Positions 14,569 to 20,000 of a stretch of 20,000 nt of DNA are shown here, in pieces. A model generated the notes under the pieces. That model was not told the DNA's origin and ran no database searches. It was given only the letters and a program-made list of their open reading frames with translations. This stretch comes from an uncultured virus (IMG/VR IMGVR_UViG_3300030012_003600) (Duplodnaviria > Heunggongvirae > Uroviricota > Caudoviricetes): the IMG/VR virus record IMGVR_UViG_3300030012_003600. One strand, written 5' to 3'. The translations under genes were made by a program, and so were the position numbers. The stretch's first letter is position 1, and each line of letters starts with the position of its first letter.

Positions 14569-15931
14569 AATTCTTATTCTTCGTAATCTGTTGTTTAATG
14601 AAGAATATCTTCGTAAAGTGATCCCTTTTATCAAGGCAGATTACTTTGAAGATATTAATCAAAAGATTGTATTTGAGGAAGTTCTTAAGTTCGTTACTGA
14701 ATATAATCAACCTGCTACGAAAGAAGTTCTTTGTATTGAAGTAGAGAAAAGGTCTGATATCAATGACACCTCCTTTACTGAGATTACAAAACTAATTAGT
14801 TATTTGGAGGAAGTTCCAACTGACTTTGAATGGTTAGTAGACACCACTGAGAAGTGGTGCAGAGACCGTGCTATCTATCTGGCACTGATGGAGTCCATCG
14901 CACTTGCTGATGGAAAGGATCAAGAAAAAGATAGGGATGCTATTCCTAGTATTCTGTCAGATGCTCTGGCAGTATCATTTGATGCACATGTAGGACACGA
15001 TTACCTTCTTGATTATGAGGCAAGATATGAAACATACCACCGCAAAGAAGACAAGATCGAATTCGACCTTGAGTTTTTCAACAAGATTACGAAAGGTGGT
15101 TTACCGAACAAAACTCTTAATATTGCTCTTGCTGGCACTGGTGTCGGTAAGAGTTTGTTTATGTGCCATATCGCAGCTTCCTCCCTCCTCAATGGAAAAA
15201 ACGTATTATACATCACGCTTGAAATGGCTGAAGAAAAGATTGCAGAACGAATTGATGCCAATCTTCTCAATGTTCCTATTCAAGAAATAACTGAACTGCC
15301 CAAGGTAATGTTTGAGAATAAGGTAACAAACCTTGCAGAAAAAACTCAAGGCACCCTGATTATTAAAGAGTACCCTACTGCATCTGCACATAGTGGACAC
15401 TTTAAGGCACTTCTTAATGAACTTGCACTTAAGAAATCATTTAGACCTGATATTATTTTTATTGATTACCTTAACATATGTGCTTCCTCACGGTATCGTG
15501 GAAACAGCACTGTCAATTCATATTCGTATATTAAGGCTATTGCAGAAGAACTTAGAGGACTGGCTGTTGAGGCAAACGTCCCTATCGTTTCTGCCACGCA
15601 GACCACTCGTTCTGGTTATGGTAGCTCTGATGTTGAACTTACTGACACTAGTGAGTCCTTTGGTCTCCCTGCTACTGCTGATCTTATGTTTGCCCTTATT
15701 TCTACAGATGACCTTGAGGGACTCGGACAAATTATGGTGAAGCAGTTGAAGAATCGTTATAATGATCCAACTATTCATAAACGGTTTGTTGTAGGCATTG
15801 ACCGTGCCAAGATGCGTCTTTATGATTGTGAGCAATCAGCACAGGAAGATATTCTTGACAATGGTAAGGAAGAAGAGTATACTTATGAAGAACAAAAACC
15901 AAAAAAATCATTTGAGGGATTTAAATTTTGA
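14555..15931 (+). CDS. gp41: Replicative DNA helicase gp41 (DnaB-like)
   Basis: Walker A AGTGVGKS, ITLEMAEE, IFIDYLNI, SATQTTR, SESFGLPATAD and KQLKNRY motifs. Start MDKVEIL at 14555. Confidence 0.97.
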   Translation: MDKVEILILRNLLFNEEYLRKVIPFIKADYFEDINQKIVFEEVLKFVTEYNQPATKEVLCIEVEKRSDINDTSFTEITKLISYLEEVPTDFEWLVDTTEKWCRDRAIYLALMESIALADGKDQEKDRDAIPSILSDALAVSFDAHVGHDYLLDYEARYETYHRKEDKIEFDLEFFNKITKGGLPNKTLNIALAGTGVGKSLFMCHIAASSLLNGKNVLYITLEMAEEKIAERIDANLLNVPIQEITELPKVMFENKVTNLAEKTQGTLIIKEYPTASAHSGHFKALLNELALKKSFRPDIIFIDYLNICASSRYRGNSTVNSYSYIKAIAEELRGLAVEANVPIVSATQTTRSGYGSSDVELTDTSESFGLPATADLMFALISTDDLEGLGQIMVKQLKNRYNDPTIHKRFVVGIDRAKMRLYDCEQSAQEDILDNGKEEEYTYEEQKPKKSFEGFKF

Positions 15932-16254
15932 ACGGTTACTATTCAGTATTCAATCCTAGAGGTGAAAAGATTGCTGATTGTGGTATCGAAAGAGATGCAG
16001 TCAACCTTATGCATACCAGAAACAAATACTGGGATGGACATTATTTCACATTCAATCCACTACCTGGTAACATTATAAATGTTACTACTAGCAATCAACT
16101 TCCTACCAACGACATCGTAGTCAATATGGACGGTGGTGTTGGTGGTAGTTGGAAAGAAGTAGAATACGTTGAAGTTGCTGGTCAAACTATTCCCACTCAA
16201 CAAAAACTCCCTCAAAACTATCAAGAACCATTTATTACAGATTTACATGACTAA
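15928..16254 (+). CDS. Hypothetical protein
   Basis: TTG start overlapping the gp41 stop (TTGA) with GAGGG SD upstream; overlaps the mazG start. Confidence 0.7.
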   Translation: MNGYYSVFNPRGEKIADCGIERDAVNLMHTRNKYWDGHYFTFNPLPGNIINVTTSNQLPTNDIVVNMDGGVGGSWKEVEYVEVAGQTIPTQQKLPQNYQEPFITDLHD

Positions 16255-16654
16255 CGTTGATACCGAAAAGTACCTTGAATTTGTCAAAGGAGTGACTAGT
16301 CCTCCTAGTCTTGACTGGCCTATTCTTGCTGCTCGTCTGAGTGAACTAGAAGTTAATGACTGTAATGTCACTCAACTGATGACTGCAGCACTTGGTTTGA
16401 CTGCTGAGTCTGGTGAGTTTACTGAAGTTGTGAAGAAGATCTTTCTGCAGGGTAAACCTTATACCGAAGAGAATATTTTTCACATGAAACGTGAACTGGG
16501 TGATATCTGCTGGTATCTTGCTCAGGCATGTATGGCACTTGACACTACCTTTGATGAAGTCATTGAAATGAATGTTGAGAAACTCAAGGCACGTTATCCT
16601 GGTGGTGATTTTGATGTTCACAAGTCTGAAAATCGTAAAGAGGGTGACCTGTGA
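16247..16654 (+). CDS. mazG: MazG-like nucleoside triphosphate pyrophosphohydrolase
   Basis: LGLTAESGEFTEVVKK, RELGDICWY and NVEKLKARYP motifs. Start MTNVDTEKY at 16247. Confidence 0.93.
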   Translation: MTNVDTEKYLEFVKGVTSPPSLDWPILAARLSELEVNDCNVTQLMTAALGLTAESGEFTEVVKKIFLQGKPYTEENIFHMKRELGDICWYLAQACMALDTTFDEVIEMNVEKLKARYPGGDFDVHKSENRKEGDL

Positions 16655-16836
16655 TTATTATTGAAATGGACATCGCAACTGCAGCAGCAGTAAGAGAATC
16701 ATTGTTTTCTGATACAAAAGCATATACATACGATGAGAAGTCTTGCCCTCAAAGGGTTAAAAATATTCGTAATACAATCGTTGCAATTGATGAAAAAATT
16801 GAGGAGGAATTGAAGAATGAAACTACTGACTCTTGA
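16651..16836 (+). CDS. Hypothetical protein
   Basis: GTGA overlap with the mazG stop; GAGGG SD upstream. Confidence 0.65.
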   Translation: MIIIEMDIATAAAVRESLFSDTKAYTYDEKSCPQRVKNIRNTIVAIDEKIEEELKNETTDS

Positions 16837-17020
16837 AGATTACCAAAAGGCAGGTGAGACTTTCTGGCCTAAGTATTGGTATGTTGCTAAAGAACTTGGT
16901 GAAGGTGCTAAGGCAGAAGACATTTTGCGAGTCATGGAAGCAGTCGGTGGTGTTGCACTGAAACTTGCTTTGGAAGATAAGGAAGGACCTTTTGGGTTCA
17001 ACAAAAAAACTGAGGACTGA
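16817..17020 (+). CDS. Hypothetical protein
   Basis: GAGGAGG SD upstream; phage-like codon usage; ends just before the tRNA. Confidence 0.75.
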   Translation: MKLLTLEDYQKAGETFWPKYWYVAKELGEGAKAEDILRVMEAVGGVALKLALEDKEGPFGFNKKTED

Positions 17021-17031
17021 GGTCCTCCTCC

Positions 17032-17104
17032 GGGGTTATAGCTCAATTGGTAGAGCACCTGCTTTGCAAGCAGGGGGTTTGGGGTTCGAGTCCCCATAAC
17101 TCCA
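17032..17104 (+). tRNA. tRNA-Ala (anticodon TGC), CCA not encoded
   Basis: Acceptor GGGGTTA/TAACTCC with G3:U70; D arm GCTC..GAGC; anticodon arm CCTGC-tt-TGC-aa-GCAGG (TGC 17065-17067); T loop GTTCGAG; discriminator A followed by TAAATA. Confidence 0.97.
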
Positions 17105-17110
17105 TAAATA
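17103..17110 (+). promoter_or_regulatory. Late promoter-like CATAAATA abutting the tRNA 3' end
   Basis: 7/8 match to TATAAATA, 9 nt upstream of ATG 17120. Confidence 0.55.
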
Positions 17111-17119
17111 AAAATAAAA

Positions 17120-18460
17120 ATGAATTTTGGAGAAGAGGTTTACAATATCGTTAAATCATTCAAAGATTTTGACGTTACTGTAAAATCTGCTAGTTCTAAA
17201 AGCACTACTTTGGTTGTAAAGGGTCCAGACAGGGCATCGATGCAATCTAAGTTAGAAAAAGCTCTTCTTAAATCTAAGATCCCTAATAATAAAATCACAC
17301 GGGAAAGGGTTGGAGCATCATCTTTTCCTGCCACTGTAATCAACCTTAAGAATGATAAGATGGTCATTCTTTATAAACCAGTTAGAAAGGGGGCAGATAG
17401 AGGGGCACTACAAACAAGAAATGTTGAATCTGCACAGTGTTTGTATGCAGCACTTGCATTCAGAGTTCTCAAAAGAAATTTAAAAGTAGAAGATATTTCT
17501 ACAATAAACTTTGAAAAGTGTAAACCATTTATTGATGTTGATGCAAAATTTGATGATATGATTAATATCTCAGAGGACTGGTTAAATTCATCGTTGCAGG
17601 GTGCAAACCAATTACTGGGATCTGTTAATAAAAACGTCAGATGGACTTTTCATAGAGGTAGTAAGAAGGTTGATATTGTTGAGTCAAAATTTAAGGAATT
17701 GAATAGAAAGGAAAGACTTTTTAGTAATATTAACAAGTGGAGTCCTGCTGATTTTTATCTTGTAGGCAGCACAATGACTGAATCAGACTGGAAGCAACTT
17801 CAAAATGTTGGCACTATTAAGATGATGAATCAATTGATGATTCAGTATATTAATGAAAACAAACTGATAGGTGTCTCTCTTAAAAAAATAGCAAAGAGTG
17901 CAAAACCTTTCAAGTATTATAATGTTAGTAAAGATAGAAATGCTGGAGACATTCAATATCAAGGGACAATTATATTCAAGAAGAAAGACAATCCATTAAG
18001 TGCTATGGATACCTTTACTATGTGGAAACCTGGTGGTAGATTTGAAATTCAATGGAGATCTGATTCGGGAGGACCATCTGGATGGAAGGGTGAGATTCAA
18101 GGAACTGCAGCAAACCAAGGTAAAATTTCTTTTGGACCGTTGAATAAAATTTTAAAATCATTCAATCTTCCAGAAATACCTGACTATACAAGAAGTCCTA
18201 AATTAAATGATGTCAGTCTAATTGAAGAGATTTATGATGACATTCAAAGCATTCAAAAAATGAATATGACTAAAGAGGAATTTGTTGCTGAGGTAAAGGT
18301 TAAAGATGATAAGTGGAAGTATGCAAAATTTACAGGTGTCAAGTTTGCAAAAATTTTAGAATCGCAAAATAAGAAAGATCAAGATAGAATTGTAAAAGAA
18401 ATTTATTTCTATGCTAATTCGCAATCACCAAATTCTGGACCTTACGGTAAAATTGAATAA
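17120..18460 (+). CDS. Hypothetical protein, possible PD-(D/E)xK nuclease-like
   Basis: 446-aa ORF containing NKWSPADFYLV...LIGVSLKK; Lys-rich with A-rich codon usage. Confidence 0.6.
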   Translation: MNFGEEVYNIVKSFKDFDVTVKSASSKSTTLVVKGPDRASMQSKLEKALLKSKIPNNKITRERVGASSFPATVINLKNDKMVILYKPVRKGADRGALQTRNVESAQCLYAALAFRVLKRNLKVEDISTINFEKCKPFIDVDAKFDDMINISEDWLNSSLQGANQLLGSVNKNVRWTFHRGSKKVDIVESKFKELNRKERLFSNINKWSPADFYLVGSTMTESDWKQLQNVGTIKMMNQLMIQYINENKLIGVSLKKIAKSAKPFKYYNVSKDRNAGDIQYQGTIIFKKKDNPLSAMDTFTMWKPGGRFEIQWRSDSGGPSGWKGEIQGTAANQGKISFGPLNKILKSFNLPEIPDYTRSPKLNDVSLIEEIYDDIQSIQKMNMTKEEFVAEVKVKDDKWKYAKFTGVKFAKILESQNKKDQDRIVKEIYFYANSQSPNSGPYGKIE

Positions 18461-18463
18461 ATA
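18456..18463 (+). promoter_or_regulatory. Late promoter-like AATAAATA upstream of the nucleotidyltransferase
   Basis: 7/8 match to consensus, overlapping the upstream stop; AAGGA SD follows. Confidence 0.55.
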
Positions 18464-18486
18464 ATGTATAAGGATTATCAATATAA

Positions 18487-19719
18487 ATGAAAAACTTCTT
18501 TCAGTTTCTGAATGAGGCACAGTCGCAAGCAAGTATGCAAGCGAGAAAACTGAACCTCAAGAGTGATGGGCACGGTGGTTGGTTAGACTCCCGTGGAAAA
18601 TTTGTTGCGACTACTGAAGATGGTAAGTTAAAGTTTGTTGATAAGAAGAGAGTAAAGGCAGATGATGATAAAACTGCACAACCAAAAGCAACAGTAAACC
18701 CTGAGGAACAATCTAAAAAAAGTGCTCCTGAAGAAACTAAAGGTAAGAAAGGAAAGACTGAAGATGATGGTGAAGATTCTGGATCAAGTGAAACAACTGA
18801 GACTTTGACTGTTGCATTTGGTCGTTTTAATCCACCTACCGTAGGACATGGTAAACTTCTTGCTGCCGCAAAGAAAGCATCAGCAGGTGAGGATTTAAAG
18901 ATCTATCCTTCACGCACTCAGGATGCTAAAAAAAATCCTCTTGATGCTGACATGAAGGTTTCGTATATGAAAAAGATGTTCCCTGACTATTCAGAGAACA
19001 TTGTGAATGATGATGAGATGAAATCTATCTTTAATGTTCTCACTACAGCAGACGAGCAAGGATATCGTAACGTTAACATCATCGTAGGTTCAGATCGTCA
19101 GTCTGAGTTTGAAAACTTGGCAACCAAATATAATGGTGAACTATATGATTTTGAGAACATCCGTGTTATTTCCGCTGGTGTGAGAGATGCAGATGCGGAA
19201 GGTGTAGAAGGTATGTCAGCATCCAAGATGCGTAAAGCAGTTGTTGATGGTGACTTTAAAGCATTCCGTAGTGGCACACCAAAAGAATTAGATGATGGTG
19301 ATACACGAGCATTGTTTGATGCTGTTCGTGCTGGTATGAAAATTAAAAAGAAAGCAGAAGTTGCTGAGATGTGGGAGATTGCTCCTAAGTATGATCAAAG
19401 AGGTCTACGTGAACAGTATGTGAATGGATTTATATATCGTATTGGTGATATAGTAGAGAGTTTACACACAGGATTGGTTGGTAAGATTATCCGTAGAGGA
19501 ACTAATCACCTGATTTGTGTAACTAAAGAAGACTATATGTTTAAGTCCTGGATTCGTGATGTTATGGAATATACTGAGAAGAGGATGGATAGACGTATGA
19601 GAGTTCCTGGTAAACCTAATACTTTACAAGGAACTGGTGGATATCTCAAGAATGCGATGGCTGCAACTGGCACTTCTAGTATTAAGAATTTCATAAATAA
19701 GTATAAGATTAAAAAGTAA
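18487..19719 (+). CDS. HxGH-superfamily nucleotidyltransferase (cyanophage 'cytidylyltransferase')
   Basis: AFGRFNPPTVGHGKL, IIVGSDR and MSASKMR motifs; N-terminal extension with charged linker; extra C-terminal domain. Confidence 0.85.
   Translation: MKNFFQFLNEAQSQASMQARKLNLKSDGHGGWLDSRGKFVATTEDGKLKFVDKKRVKADDDKTAQPKATVNPEEQSKKSAPEETKGKKGKTEDDGEDSGSSETTETLTVAFGRFNPPTVGHGKLLAAAKKASAGEDLKIYPSRTQDAKKNPLDADMKVSYMKKMFPDYSENIVNDDEMKSIFNVLTTADEQGYRNVNIIVGSDRQSEFENLATKYNGELYDFENIRVISAGVRDADAEGVEGMSASKMRKAVVDGDFKAFRSGTPKELDDGDTRALFDAVRAGMKIKKKAEVAEMWEIAPKYDQRGLREQYVNGFIYRIGDIVESLHTGLVGKIIRRGTNHLICVTKEDYMFKSWIRDVMEYTEKRMDRRMRVPGKPNTLQGTGGYLKNAMAATGTSSIKNFINKYKIKK
19692..19699 (+). promoter_or_regulatory. 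Late promoter-like CATAAATA for the downstream gene
   Basis: 7/8 match within the last codons of the nucleotidyltransferase, 31 nt before ATG 19731. Confidence 0.5.
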
Positions 19720-19730
19720 GATAGTTTACC

Positions 19731-20000
19731 ATGTCTAATGGAATCGGACCTAATCCTTTGAATGCAATCTCAAAGGTATACTTAGATCAAATTGTTGAGA
19801 AGAAGAAAGACGATACCTATCTTGAACCTGACATGAAGAAGCGTCAGGCAAATAATGAGAAGGCACGTAAAGAACTTGCCAAGGGTCCTCAAATGAAGAA
19901 CCCCCATTTTGAATCTGCTGAGAAGAGTGGTTGGGACGTTGTGAATTCTCTCGCAGATGCATATAAGAATATGACTGATGTTGAAGAAGGAATGCATCGT
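19731..20000 (+). CDS. Hypothetical charged protein, 3' truncated by window (MSNGIGPNPLNAISKVYLDQIVEKKKDDTYLEPDMKKRQANNEKARK...)
   Basis: 90 codons open to the window end; not in the ORF track because no stop falls within the window. Confidence 0.8.
   Translation, partial: MSNGIGPNPLNAISKVYLDQIVEKKKDDTYLEPDMKKRQANNEKARKELAKGPQMKNPHFESAEKSGWDVVNSLADAYKNMTDVEEGMHR

Noticed and set aside
10348..15931. Inteins or introns in gp43, uvsX or gp41
   Set aside because: Reading frames are continuous with ordinary lengths and no splicing or LAGLIDADG motifs seen.
1..20000. CRISPR array, tandem repeat array, IS element, reverse transcriptase or alternative genetic code
   Set aside because: No repeat-spacer periodicity, transposase or RT motifs noticed, and genes translate full length with the standard code.

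Overview
A gene-dense segment of a T4-like marine cyanophage (cyanomyovirus) genome, with all credible genes on the + strand. It covers the DNA replication/recombination module: gp46 (3' end), gp45, gp44, gp62, regA, gp43, uvsX and gp41. Typical cyanophage genes are interleaved: a CobS-like MoxR AAA ATPase with a HEXXH/VWA partner, a DUF3310-like protein, speD, a Dam-like methyltransferase, hsp20, a 2OG-Fe(II) oxygenase, mazG, tRNA-Ala(UGC), a PD-(D/E)xK-like orphan and a HxGH nucleotidyltransferase. The most interesting signals are regulatory or RNA-level. (i) The regA-hsp20 region has two candidate promoter-to-terminator small RNAs, a ROSE-like thermometer on hsp20 and two adjacent paralogous, possibly Sm-like proteins. 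(ii) Three promoters share a palindrome + hairpin + -10 architecture with near-constant spacing. (iii) A Met-Asn-stop minigene precedes a small Cys-rich gene. (iv) gp45 may be extended by a +1 shifty-stop frameshift. (v) The nucleotidyltransferase has a capsid-targeting-like N-terminus. All assignments come from reading motifs by eye; no database search was run.
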